The notes below the pieces were generated by a model that did not search any database, was not told where the DNA came from, and was given only the letters and a program-made list of their open reading frames with translations. Both the position numbers and the translations under genes were made by a program. Positions 7,629-15,531 of a DNA stretch of 50,543 bases are shown piece after piece (within the stretch, counting starts at the first letter, position 1; each line of letters starts with the position of its first letter). Source of the DNA: a virus; IMG/VR virus record IMGVR_UViG_3300010224_000016. One strand, 5' to 3'.

Positions 7629-7931
7629 ATGGCACGTATGACCCCGGCCGACCGCAAGGCGGCAATTCTCGACGCGGCCGTCGCCGCCGCCAAGAAACAC
7701 GGCTTCGCGCGACTGCGCCTCGTGCACATCGCCGAGCAGGCCGAGTGCAGCAACGCCCTCGTCGTGTCCCACTACGGCACGATGACCAAGATGCGCCGCG
7801 CCGTAATGCGCGCCGCCATCAAGCAAGAGATCCTGCCCATCATCGCCGAGGGGGTCGCCACGCGCGACCCGGTGGCGTGCAAGGCACCCGCCGACCTGCA
7901 GCATAAAGCCCTTGCCACGCTGGCGGGGTGA
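7629..7931 (+). CDS. Small TetR-like HTH DNA-binding protein (HTH domain only)
   Basis: AAAGGAAA SD. ADRKAAILDAAVAAAKKHGFARLRLVHIAEQAECSNALVVSHYGT resembles a TetR N-terminal HTH. The protein is only 100 aa, so it has no ligand-binding domain. Confidence 0.6.
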   Translation: MARMTPADRKAAILDAAVAAAKKHGFARLRLVHIAEQAECSNALVVSHYGTMTKMRRAVMRAAIKQEILPIIAEGVATRDPVACKAPADLQHKALATLAG

Positions 7932-7934
7932 CGC

Positions 7935-10421
7935 ATGTACATCCTTCCGGGGGCGCTCGCACCCCTTGGACAATACCGACAATTCATTCTTGTCAGGCTC
8001 AAGCCTGCGACGGATGAACGCGGCAATTTGATCCCTGGGAAGCTCGCCAAATATCCAGCGTGGCCGCACGACAACCCCACGACGCACACGCGGGGCGATG
8101 GCACCGTTGTACATGTCGGCAAATGGGGCATGGTCAGCGCGCACCGGCCCGACGCGTGGCTCGACTGGCAGACCGCCGCGACGCTTGCCGCGTCCGGCCC
8201 TGTCGGCGGCGATACTGCCGCGTGGACGATCGGATTCGTCATCACCGAGAACGACCCGTTCGGCGTTTACGACCTAGACGAATGCTCCACGCTCGCGGGC
8301 ACGTGGAACGACAACGCGCAAGAGATAATGCGCCGCATGCCGGCGGCGATCGAACTATCCCTCTCGGGCCGTGGTCTTCACGGGTGGTTCACGTACCAGG
8401 GCAAGGCACCGCCGCACGGCAAGAAAAACGGACTTCTCAATATTGAGATGTACACCGAGGCGCGTTTTATCGCGCTCGGGTCGGCCGCCAACGGCCAGAT
8501 GCACGACCTTACGGCGTACCTGCCGCAGTTCATCGCCGATTACTTCCCGCCGTCGGAGAAGGAAGAGGGCGGCGCGGGTTGGACGACCGAACATGACCCC
8601 GAACACACGCCGCTGTCCGACGATGATCTGTTGCGTATGGCGATGGCCAGCCAACGCAGGCAGGAAGCAAGCGCAGTGTTCGGCGACGGCCACTTCGCAC
8701 CCAATTTCGCGGACCTGTGGAATCGCAACGCCCCCGTGCTGTCGCGCGCATATCCGCCGAAGACGCCGGGCAAGGATTTCGACTACAGTAGCGCCGACAT
8801 GGCGCTCGCGAAGGAACTCGCGTACTGGACCGGCAAGAACTGCGAGCGTGTCGCGCGCCTGATGATGCTGTCCGGCTTGGTCCGCGACAAGTGGTCCGCA
8901 TCCGTTCACAAGTCGTACTTCCGCGACACCGTGTCGACGGGCGTTGCGTTCTGCTCGGCGGTCTACAAGGCGAAGCCCGTCATCCCCAACATCCCGCTCC
9001 CACCGCCGAGCGGAGGCAAGCTGGAACCTGTGGAGATCACGCACGGGACGTTCATCGGTCGCGAAAACCTCGCCGCGATCTTCAAGGACTGCGTATACAT
9101 CCAAGACCAGAACTCCGTGCTTATCCCGAACGGCGACATCATCGATCAGTCGCGATTCAACGCGAAGTATGCCGGATACACGTTCATCCTGGACAACGAA
9201 GGTCAGAAGACGACCAAATCGGCATGGGAAGCGTTCCTTGGCAATCAATTGATCCTGTTCCCCCGCGTGGAAGGGACCGAGTTTAATCCGCGCCTGGACT
9301 TTCAATACGTCGTCGAGCGCGCCGGCCGTCGCTGGATCAACGTCTATAAAGCGCCCTACGTCGAGCGCAGGCCCGGCGACGTGCAACCGTTCATGGACCT
9401 GTTGCGCAAGCTGCTGCCGAACGGCGACGATGCGCAGATCCTGCTGTCCTACATGGCCGCCGTCGTGCAGTACCCCGGTGTCAAATTCCGTTGGGCACCG
9501 TTCATTCAGGGCACGCAGGGCAACGGCAAATCGACGCTCGTCGAATGCCTGCGCCACGCCCTGGGACACAAGTACGTCTTCACGATCAAGACGGGCATGA
9601 TTGAAAACGGCTTCAACGCGTGGCTTGAAAACAATTTGCTCTACGTGGCCGACGACATCTACAGCGCGAAGGATCGCACCGACATGATGGAAGCGCTCAA
9701 GAGCCTGATCACCGAGCGTGACCACGCGATTACGCTCAAGGGTATCGACTCGATTCAAAAACGAATTTGCGGAAACTTCATCTTCACGGACAACCACAAG
9801 GACGCCATGAAGAAGCAGGACGATACGCGCCGCATCTGTACCCTGTATTGCGCGCAGCAGTCCAAATACGATCGCCAGCGCGACGGCCTGACCAAAGAGT
9901 ATTTCGGGGGCTTCCTGTACCCGTGGTTGGAGCAGGGCGGTTATGCGGCCGTTGCCGACCTTCTGGCGACGATGCCGATCGATGCGCGGTACAACCCGGC
10001 AGGCGAGTGCCAAGAAGCCCCGGAAACGAGCGTGACGCGGGAAGCTGTGGTCGACGGCCGCGACGCCCTGGAGCACGAGATTGCGGAATGGATCATTCTG
10101 CGCGAACCGGGCTTTGCTGGCGACTTCGTGTCGCACCATATGCTGAAGGCGCGCATGCAACAGAATCCGCAGTTCGCCAAGATGTCGAGCCCGCTCAAGA
10201 TCAAAGAGAAAATGCTGCGCCTGGGCTACGAGTTGCACCGCGCATTGCCCGAGGGCCGCACGCCTACCTACGTCATGCCCGACAACACGATGGCGGTCCT
10301 CTACGTCAAGCGCGACAGCGCGGCGGCCGAGATGAAAGACCCGCACGCGGTTGCGGCGTTGTACCAGCAGTTGCAGATGGAAGCACAGACCGACCAAACA
10401 GCACGGAGGTTCGCAGCATGA
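7935..10421 (+). CDS. Bifunctional primase-polymerase (prim-pol) / SF3 (D5/P4-type) helicase
   Basis: The N-terminal part carries FGVYDLDEC and SLSGRGLHGWF, which are prim-pol catalytic motifs. Walker A is GTQGNGKST and Walker B is LLYVADDI. 828 aa. Confidence 0.9.
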   Translation: MYILPGALAPLGQYRQFILVRLKPATDERGNLIPGKLAKYPAWPHDNPTTHTRGDGTVVHVGKWGMVSAHRPDAWLDWQTAATLAASGPVGGDTAAWTIGFVITENDPFGVYDLDECSTLAGTWNDNAQEIMRRMPAAIELSLSGRGLHGWFTYQGKAPPHGKKNGLLNIEMYTEARFIALGSAANGQMHDLTAYLPQFIADYFPPSEKEEGGAGWTTEHDPEHTPLSDDDLLRMAMASQRRQEASAVFGDGHFAPNFADLWNRNAPVLSRAYPPKTPGKDFDYSSADMALAKELAYWTGKNCERVARLMMLSGLVRDKWSASVHKSYFRDTVSTGVAFCSAVYKAKPVIPNIPLPPPSGGKLEPVEITHGTFIGRENLAAIFKDCVYIQDQNSVLIPNGDIIDQSRFNAKYAGYTFILDNEGQKTTKSAWEAFLGNQLILFPRVEGTEFNPRLDFQYVVERAGRRWINVYKAPYVERRPGDVQPFMDLLRKLLPNGDDAQILLSYMAAVVQYPGVKFRWAPFIQGTQGNGKSTLVECLRHALGHKYVFTIKTGMIENGFNAWLENNLLYVADDIYSAKDRTDMMEALKSLITERDHAITLKGIDSIQKRICGNFIFTDNHKDAMKKQDDTRRICTLYCAQQSKYDRQRDGLTKEYFGGFLYPWLEQGGYAAVADLLATMPIDARYNPAGECQEAPETSVTREAVVDGRDALEHEIAEWIILREPGFAGDFVSHHMLKARMQQNPQFAKMSSPLKIKEKMLRLGYELHRALPEGRTPTYVMPDNTMAVLYVKRDSAAAEMKDPHAVAALYQQLQMEAQTDQTARRFAA

Positions 10422-11131
10422 TGTTAGAACAAGGCGATTGCCTAGATTTGATGTGGATGGTTCCCGACCAAAGCGTCGACATGATCCTGTACGATCTGCC
10501 GTACGGGACGACGCAGAACAAATGGGATTCGGTTATCGATCTCGATCAGATGTGGGCACATTACCGCCGCGTGTGTCGTGGGGCGATTGTTCTAACCGCA
10601 CAATCGCCCTTTGATAAGGTGCTGGGCGCGTCGAATTTGGAAATGCTGCGGTATGAATGGATATGGCGTAAAGAAGCCGGCACGGGGTTCTTGAACGCAA
10701 AGCGCGCGCCGTTGAAAGATCACGAAAACGTCCTAGTGTTCTATGACAATCCGCCAACGTACAACCCACAAATGCGAACGGGGTTCAAGCCATACAAGTG
10801 CAAACAGGGACACGTCGGGACGAATTACGGCGCGGTACGCCCCGAGAATGTCAGCGAAAGTAACGGCGAGCGCTACCCCGTGACCGTATTGGAGTTCCAG
10901 CGCGACAAGGAAAAGATTCACCCGACGCAAAAGCCTGTCGCGCTGATGGAATACTTAATCAAGACCTACACCAATCCCGGCGACACGGTCATGGATAATT
11001 GCATGGGTAGCGGTTCGACCGGCGTTGCGTGCATGAACACGGGGCGTAATTTCATCGGGTTTGAGAAAGACCCGGAACACTTCCGCAACGCGTCTAACCG
11101 TATTTGGATGTCCTGGGGGTTGCAGGCGTGA
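10418..11131 (+). CDS. Beta-class DNA methyltransferase (N6-adenine or N4-cytosine)
   Basis: ATG 10418 overlaps the primase stop (ATGA). It contains DLPYG (a DPPY-type motif IV), HPTQKP and DNCMGSGSTG (the SAM-binding motif I). Confidence 0.9.
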   Translation: MMLEQGDCLDLMWMVPDQSVDMILYDLPYGTTQNKWDSVIDLDQMWAHYRRVCRGAIVLTAQSPFDKVLGASNLEMLRYEWIWRKEAGTGFLNAKRAPLKDHENVLVFYDNPPTYNPQMRTGFKPYKCKQGHVGTNYGAVRPENVSESNGERYPVTVLEFQRDKEKIHPTQKPVALMEYLIKTYTNPGDTVMDNCMGSGSTGVACMNTGRNFIGFEKDPEHFRNASNRIWMSWGLQA

Positions 11132-11346
11132 CCACGCGCAGCGCTGAACTACGGGGCGCATTGCGCGCCTACGTGGAGTATCGGCGGGACATCGAAAGCG
11201 ACGCCAAATACGAGGCGCACATGCGGCGATTGGTTGATCTTGAGGCGCGCTATGGTCGCGAGCGCGTTAAAGCCCTGTACCGCCGCTATCGCGCCCCTGT
11301 AACGATTCTTATCAGAGACGGCATCACATATCGGAGGTTGATGTGA
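11128..11346 (+). CDS. Hypothetical protein
   Basis: ORF 11104..11346. I prefer the GTG at 11128 because of its GTGA overlap with the upstream stop. ATG 11104 is an alternative. Confidence 0.5.
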   Translation: MTTRSAELRGALRAYVEYRRDIESDAKYEAHMRRLVDLEARYGRERVKALYRRYRAPVTILIRDGITYRRLM

Positions 11347-11540
11347 GCGGCGATATCTACACGGTTGGGGACGGGCGGCGCACGCAGTTCGCGCAGCGTG
11401 GGGACGGCATGTGGTTCATCCGTCACAAGTGGAATGGTCGGTGGGGCAAATGGTGGGAACACGGCCGCAAATGCCCGTATGAGTTCAGCAAGTATCGTGT
11501 GCCTGGGGCGGGCAAGGCGAGGTTGCCCAATGTCCCGTAA
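11343..11540 (+). CDS. Hypothetical protein (Trp-rich)
   Basis: The GTG start overlaps the previous stop (ATGTGA). 65 aa. No domain recognised. Confidence 0.5.
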   Translation: MSGDIYTVGDGRRTQFAQRGDGMWFIRHKWNGRWGKWWEHGRKCPYEFSKYRVPGAGKARLPNVP

Positions 11541-11742
11541 GTATTGCACCCCGGCCATGCTGGCGGCGTTGACCGAACTCAAGAAGGGCACACCGTGTCC
11601 GGCACCGCTGCGCGAGACGTTGCGTGCGCGCGGGTGGATAACGAAGGACGGATTGATCACGGGGGCGGGGGTTGATTATCTAAACGGTCGTGATATGATC
11701 GGCGCTCAATCAATCAACCGTAAGGGGGTCAATCATGCGTAA
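11530..11742 (+). CDS. Hypothetical protein
   Basis: ORF 11365..11742 trimmed to ATG 11530 (MSRKYCTPAMLAAL...). Confidence 0.5.
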   Translation: MSRKYCTPAMLAALTELKKGTPCPAPLRETLRARGWITKDGLITGAGVDYLNGRDMIGAQSINRKGVNHA

Positions 11743-11899
11743 GGGTGCAAAGGTAACGGTTCGTATGCCGCGTGGCGCGAATCGCGAGGGCAAGTTCATC
11801 GGCGAGGAAACCAATCGCGGCACGTGGTACATCATCCAGCCGCCGGAAAAGGGTGCGCAACCTTTCAAGGTGCGGCCGGCAACGGTAACGCCGCTGTAA
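11735..11899 (+). CDS. Hypothetical small protein (54 aa)
   Basis: Not in the ORF track because it is under 60 aa. AAGGGGG SD, and the product reads MRKGAKVTVRMPRGANREGKFIGEETNRGTWYIIQPPEKGAQPFKVRPATVTPL. It is followed immediately by a terminator. Confidence 0.5.
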   Translation: MRKGAKVTVRMPRGANREGKFIGEETNRGTWYIIQPPEKGAQPFKVRPATVTPL

Positions 11900-11930
11900 A
11901 AAGAAGCCCGGCCGAAGCCGGGTTTTTATT
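11900..11930. terminator. Bidirectional rho-independent terminator between convergent blocks
   Basis: AAAAAGAAG-CCCGGC-CGAA-GCCGGG-TTTTTATTT. The stem is 11907..11912 / 11917..11922. A-run and T-run flank it, so it can act on both strands. Confidence 0.75.
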
Positions 11931-12330
11931 TCCTAAAGACCCAAGCTAGCATATCGTCCGGCTTGGGCGGTTTGCGGCGCAACGCTCGTTGTCGCCTTAG
12001 ATGCGCTTCGTGCCGCTCGGGGTCGGCTTTGATCGCTGCGCGGTAATTCTTCTTGCGTTGGTCCATCGTGAGCGCGACGGGCTTCGGCTTGTTCTTGCCT
12101 GGACCAAAGCGCAACACGGGGATATATGGTCCAGCGCCTGACGGGCGAACCCAGTCGACCACGTGGATGACTTTCTTCTTGTTGACGAGATAGCGGATGT
12201 ATTCGCGGACGCTCGTGCTCTTGTTGATAACGATCCGTCCCGCAAGCTGCCATTGATCGAGATCCCCGGCTTTCAATTCCTTGAGGATGCGTTCGATACG
12301 CGCCCGGCTGCGTGAGTCCCCCGGATTCAT
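11926..12330 (-). CDS. Hypothetical protein, possibly winged-helix DNA-binding
   Basis: 134-codon ORF and last gene of the leftward block. RIERILKELKAGDLDQWQLAGRIVINKSTSVREYIRYLV looks like a wHTH. Confidence 0.6.
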   Translation of the reverse strand: MNPGDSRSRARIERILKELKAGDLDQWQLAGRIVINKSTSVREYIRYLVNKKKVIHVVDWVRPSGAGPYIPVLRFGPGKNKPKPVALTMDQRKKNYRAAIKADPERHEAHLRRQRALRRKPPKPDDMLAWVFRK

Positions 12331-12581
12331 TTCAAACCCTCTTTCGTAATGAGCCCGTGACGACCGGCAAACATAGCGTCTACCTCTACGGGCTTGAAGT
12401 CAGGTTCGGGTCTGCCGCAATGCCCCCAGTTGATCCAGGCTCGCAGCATCGCCCCGTGTTCGCGGAACCTACCGACGACTTCCGCAGAGTCACGCCCAAG
12501 ACGCACGAGCCATACACGCTGGCCCTCGTTGAAATGCCGCGTGCGGAATGGCATCGCGGCGGATAGCACCGTGGCGTTCAT
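12327..12581 (-). CDS. Hypothetical protein
   Basis: 84-codon ORF with ATGA overlaps at both ends. Confidence 0.55.
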   Translation of the reverse strand: MNATVLSAAMPFRTRHFNEGQRVWLVRLGRDSAEVVGRFREHGAMLRAWINWGHCGRPEPDFKPVEVDAMFAGRHGLITKEGLK

Positions 12582-12694
12582 TTGTGCAGACAGTCTCGCC
12601 CTTGGTTGCAGCTATGGTCGTCGCACGGGCTGGCCGGCAAATGACGCTGCGCCAGATACCATGCAACGACGATGAGTGTAAGAAGGATCGCCAT
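12578..12694 (-). CDS. Putative 38-aa membrane peptide
   Basis: MAILLTLIVVAWYLAQRHLPASPCDDHSCNQGRDCLHK. The start overlaps the upstream stop (TAATG), and its own stop overlaps the next start. Confidence 0.4.
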   Translation of the reverse strand: MAILLTLIVVAWYLAQRHLPASPCDDHSCNQGRDCLHK

Positions 12695-13176
12695 TACTTG
12701 TCGTCTTCCCTGCGTGATGCCAATCGATAGAACCCTCCGCGGCCAGCGCACGTCGTACAGTCGGGGTGATCGCAGCACGTTCGGTATTCCATATTTTGAA
12801 CCAGACGGAGCACGCCAGACGGGATCGGCTCGTCGGCGGGTAGGTCGAGCGTGCGCGCGCATTCGGCCAGAACACCGAACCAATACGCTGCCTTACTGTA
12901 ATTGGCAATACCTTCCCGTTGCACCTGGGCGACGATATCGCACAGAGATGCCTGTTTCGCTGTGCCTTCTTCACCATTGAGCAGGACGTCCAATTCGCGG
13001 ACCAACCGCTTATGATCGGCGATAACTTCGCGCATGTCGAGGCATTCCCGCGTGCGCTCCATGTCGTGCTTGATGATCTCTGCGCCGGACTTCCTCATTT
13101 CGACGATCTGGCGCGACAGCGTTGCGTTTTGCTCGGCGAGCGCGTCATGCGCCGCTAACAGTTCTGCATAGTTCAT
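12694..13176 (-). CDS. Hypothetical protein (helical N-terminus, Cys-rich C-terminus)
   Basis: 160-codon ORF. The C-terminus reads CCDHPDCTTCAGRG. Confidence 0.65.
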   Translation of the reverse strand: MNYAELLAAHDALAEQNATLSRQIVEMRKSGAEIIKHDMERTRECLDMREVIADHKRLVRELDVLLNGEEGTAKQASLCDIVAQVQREGIANYSKAAYWFGVLAECARTLDLPADEPIPSGVLRLVQNMEYRTCCDHPDCTTCAGRGGFYRLASRREDDK

Positions 13177-13421
13177 TTCAATATCATCCTTCCATTGTTG
13201 AAGTGGTCGACCTCGCGACCTGAGGGAATGTTCAGTTCCTTGACCAACTCAGCGGCGACAACCATTGCGTCGGCGACGATCGCGAAGTCCTGGGGCGTCG
13301 TGCACGCGGTCAGGGCCGACGGGCCGCTGCGGTGGATCGTGTGCCACGCGCTGACCGGATTGTCGTCGCACACGTTGATGCGATACCAGTCCAGCAGCGC
13401 GCGGGCGGCGGGGTTAGACAT
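13173..13421 (-). CDS. Hypothetical protein
   Basis: 82-codon ORF with an ATGA overlap. Confidence 0.55.
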   Translation of the reverse strand: MSNPAARALLDWYRINVCDDNPVSAWHTIHRSGPSALTACTTPQDFAIVADAMVVAAELVKELNIPSGREVDHFNNGRMILK

Positions 13422-13611
13422 AGTCAGTCGTCATGCTTGTTGCGAACTCGCGTGCCTCCTTGACCGTGGACGGATACGCCCGGTCGTAGGTACGGACGTT
13501 GAATGCCTTCACTTGCCCGGCGTAACCGATGGCAAACGAGAATTCCCTAGTCTTCGTGTTGCGCATCACCTTGACCCAAACCCGCGCGGTGCGAATGTAG
13601 AACTCTTTCAT
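13414..13611 (-). CDS. Hypothetical small protein (65 aa)
   Basis: ORF 13414..13668 trimmed, because its 5' part is the promoter. GGAG lies 6 nt before the ATG at 13611 (MKEFYIRTARVW...). Confidence 0.5.
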   Translation of the reverse strand: MKEFYIRTARVWVKVMRNTKTREFSFAIGYAGQVKAFNVRTYDRAYPSTVKEAREFATSMTTDYV

Positions 13612-13638
13612 GTTCATCTCCGTGTTGTCGTTGAGTTG

Positions 13639-13668
13639 AACTATACGCACACTATTCGTATTGGTCAA
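13639..13668 (-). promoter_or_regulatory. Near-consensus sigma70-type promoter with a palindromic spacer (copy 1)
   Basis: The minus strand reads TTGACC-AATACGAATAGTGTGCG-TATAGT with a 17-nt spacer. The spacer contains ATACG-N9-CGTAT. The element overlaps the last codons (LDQYE-stop) of the gene at 13652..13936. Confidence 0.65.
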
Positions 13669-13936
13669 GCATCTTGTCGACGATGTCTTGCATGCGTTGT
13701 TGAAGTACGTCGCTCGCCTGGGCGTCGCACCGGAAGTCCAGTCGAAGCGACACGACGTCGCCGTAAAGGTTTTCGATTTGATCGACGCACGTCACCGTAC
13801 GGACCAGCATGCGAAGACGTTCCGCGTCGGCGATAAGTTCGCGCACGTCTTCAATCTTGACGTATGCGCCGTTCATAGCTTCCTTAATGGCGGCGGTGTT
13901 GTAGAAGCGCTGCAGGTCGTATCGTTTAATGGTCAT
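13652..13936 (-). CDS. Hypothetical protein
   Basis: 94-codon ORF. The promoter element is encoded within its 3' end. Confidence 0.6.
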   Translation of the reverse strand: MTIKRYDLQRFYNTAAIKEAMNGAYVKIEDVRELIADAERLRMLVRTVTCVDQIENLYGDVVSLRLDFRCDAQASDVLQQRMQDIVDKMLDQYE

Positions 13937-14046
13937 ACCAACACCCCCACTTCGTGCGGCGGGGTCATGTCGTCCAGCAGACCGAACGACTGCGCGGCGA
14001 TCAGGGACGCGGCAAGGACGATATACAGTGCGACGATGCGTTTCAT
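13933..14046 (-). CDS. Putative 37-aa secreted or membrane peptide
   Basis: AAGGAAA SD. MKRIVALYIVLAASLIAAQSFGLLDDMTPPHEVGVLV looks like a signal peptide. Confidence 0.45.
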   Translation of the reverse strand: MKRIVALYIVLAASLIAAQSFGLLDDMTPPHEVGVLV

Positions 14047-14225
14047 TTGATTTCCTTTACTTTGATGGTGAAGAGTTCCCACGCGGCCGGGGGCATCTTG
14101 GCGTCGCCCGCTTCCCACTTCTGCCACGCGCGCAAGCTGGCGTGAACGAGGGTTGCGGCGGCCGTCTGCGTGATCCGGGCGTTGTTGCGCACCTGGGCGA
14201 TCTGCTGGGGGGTTGGCTTGGTCAT
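14043..14225 (-). CDS. XRE/Cro-like helix-turn-helix protein (60 aa)
   Basis: ORF 14043..14354 trimmed to ATG 14225. QQIAQVRNNARITQTAAATLVHASLRAWQKWEAGDAKMP is an XRE-type HTH pattern. Confidence 0.6.
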   Translation of the reverse strand: MTKPTPQQIAQVRNNARITQTAAATLVHASLRAWQKWEAGDAKMPPAAWELFTIKVKEIK

Positions 14226-14398
14226 AATCCGCTTTGTGCCTTTCCGTGGCGGCGCTGTCCGCATTCGCAGATGTATTGGCCGCGACGTTTGTAATTGACC
14301 ATCTTCCCGTTGCTGTTGACCTTGATCGTCGTCAGCGTGACGTCCCCGACCCATTCGAAGCGATGTCGGCTGTACCGGGCGCAGGCGGGGAGTTTCAT
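14222..14398 (-). CDS. Hypothetical small protein (58 aa)
   Basis: Trimmed to ATG 14398 (MKLPACARYSRHRFEWVGDV...). ATGA overlap downstream. Confidence 0.45.
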   Translation of the reverse strand: MKLPACARYSRHRFEWVGDVTLTTIKVNSNGKMVNYKRRGQYICECGQRRHGKAQSGL

Positions 14399-14460
14399 TT
14401 GATCAGACCCGCGTCGCGTGCGCGTTCGACGAGTTTGCCGCAGTCCGAAAACGTCGTCGG

Positions 14461-14862
14461 TTACCCCTCCCCGCACGCTCGCGGGGGTTCGCACATGCGG
14501 CGCACCACGTCGAGCAATTCTTCGTACGTGGGCGGATTAGGCGGCGACAGCTTGTTGACGAGGTCTTGCGCCTGTTGGCGTGCCGTGATGCTCGGTGGCA
14601 CGTTCGCCACGTATGCGCGGGCGATCGTGAGCAGCGCGTCCAGATCTTCCGGGGTGACGCGTGACTCGACGTCGACCGACTCGTCCTCGGTAAAGTGTTG
14701 CGGCGGCATAGGCTGGATGTCAGGCTCGCCAAACGGGGCGCTGTAAATGGTAACGACGCCGCTCGTCATCCCGAGAATTACGCGCAACACAACGCGATGG
14801 CGGCTCGTCTCGGTGGGCTTCAAGACGTCGCCCGGCCACAAATTTCTGGCTGCTTTTTTCAT
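14461..14862 (-). CDS. Hypothetical protein
   Basis: ORF 14461..15063 trimmed to ATG 14862 (MKKAARNLWPGD...). 133 aa. Confidence 0.55.
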   Translation of the reverse strand: MKKAARNLWPGDVLKPTETSRHRVVLRVILGMTSGVVTIYSAPFGEPDIQPMPPQHFTEDESVDVESRVTPEDLDALLTIARAYVANVPPSITARQQAQDLVNKLSPPNPPTYEELLDVVRRMCEPPRACGEG

Positions 14863-15002
14863 TTCGGTTCCTTTCGGTAAGTGATGGTGCGGTACTGTTC
14901 TTCGTAGGTGCGCATGCGGGCGTCGAACTCGTCGTCGTGGCGCTTCTCGATACGAATGATGGCGATGACGGCCACCAGGGCGGCGAGGGCTGCGATGATC
15001 AT
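14859..15002 (-). CDS. Putative 47-aa membrane peptide
   Basis: Not in the ORF track. GGGAGGG SD, and the product reads MIIAALAALVAVIAIIRIEKRHDDEFDARMRTYEEQYRTITYRKEPK. ATGA overlap with the next gene. Confidence 0.45.
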   Translation of the reverse strand: MIIAALAALVAVIAIIRIEKRHDDEFDARMRTYEEQYRTITYRKEPK

Positions 15003-15236
15003 TTAACCCTCCCGAGCAAGGATCAACGCACGCGCCGCGATCATTCCGGCGTTCGGCGGGCAATGCAGGATGGTGCGCAGGGAGGCGACGAGGTCGTCGT
15101 AGTTGTTCACGCGGCGTTGCATCTCCGTGACAGTGTGCAGATCAGCGCCGCTGCCCGTGGCGAACGTGTGGTCGCAACCCTGCTCGCGCAGTTCGAACTT
15201 CTTGAACTCGGGGTCGGTGTAAATTTGGATTTTCAT
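15003..15236 (-). CDS. Hypothetical protein
   Basis: 77-codon ORF. Confidence 0.55.
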   Translation of the reverse strand: MKIQIYTDPEFKKFELREQGCDHTFATGSGADLHTVTEMQRRVNNYDDLVASLRTILHCPPNAGMIAARALILAREG

Positions 15237-15251
15237 TTGTTGTTCTCCAGG

Positions 15252-15267
15252 TTGCCCGCCGAAGCGG
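15252..15267 (-). other. Intercistronic GC hairpin with a UUCG tetraloop and no U-run
   Basis: GCCCGC-CGAA-GCGGGC on the plus strand. On the minus-strand mRNA the loop is UUCG. It sits between the stop at 15282 and the start at 15236. Confidence 0.5.
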
Positions 15268-15281
15268 GCGCGGGGTTGGTG

Positions 15282-15452
15282 TTACATGTACGACTTGACG
15301 ACCAGCGGGCCGGCAGATTTTGGGACCAGCGTGAACGCGAAGTTGCGGGCGGTCTCGTAATCATTGAAGCCAACGACCGACTTTTCAATGACGCGACCGG
15401 AGTTGACCGCCAGCAGTTTGAAAATCCATTCAGTACGATCATTTGCGTTCAT
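15282..15452 (-). CDS. Hypothetical small protein (56 aa)
   Basis: ORF 15282..15533 trimmed, because its 5' part is the promoter. GGGAGAACAAC precedes the ATG at 15452 (MNANDRTEWIFKLL...). Confidence 0.5.
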   Translation of the reverse strand: MNANDRTEWIFKLLAVNSGRVIEKSVVGFNDYETARNFAFTLVPKSAGPLVVKSYM

Positions 15453-15500
15453 GTTGTTCTCCCGTTTGCGCTTCGCACCGTGCGTCGCGTCCATGTACTT

Positions 15501-15530
15501 AACTATACGCACACTATTCGTATTAGTCAA
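15501..15530 (-). promoter_or_regulatory. Near-consensus sigma70-type promoter with a palindromic spacer (copy 2)
   Basis: The minus strand reads TTGACT-AATACGAATAGTGTGCG-TATAGT. It matches copy 1 at 29 of 30 nt. Confidence 0.65.
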
Positions 15531-15531
15531 C

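Noticed and set aside
8355-10397. A 680-aa ORF antisense to the primase-helicase gene. Similar long antisense or alternate-frame ORFs occur at 1391..2425, 18950..20410, 23536..25140, 28165..29253, 29612..31405 and 48064..49152.
   Set aside because: - High GC suppresses stop codons in non-coding frames.
- The products are Arg/Ala/Gly/Val-rich and low in complexity, with no motifs and no SD-linked starts.
- Each lies opposite a gene with clear motifs.
9767-10417. The long N-terminal extension of the methyltransferase ORF (ORF 9767..11131, 454 aa).
   Set aside because: The extension lies out of frame over the 3' end of the primase-helicase gene and is Arg/Pro-rich nonsense. The methyltransferase homology starts at MMLEQGDCLD (10418), with an ATGA overlap.
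14399-14460. The 62-nt gap in the leftward block as a possible small gene or regulatory hairpin.
   Set aside because: It has no ORF with a start and SD, and I could not define a convincing stem-loop or promoter hexamers.
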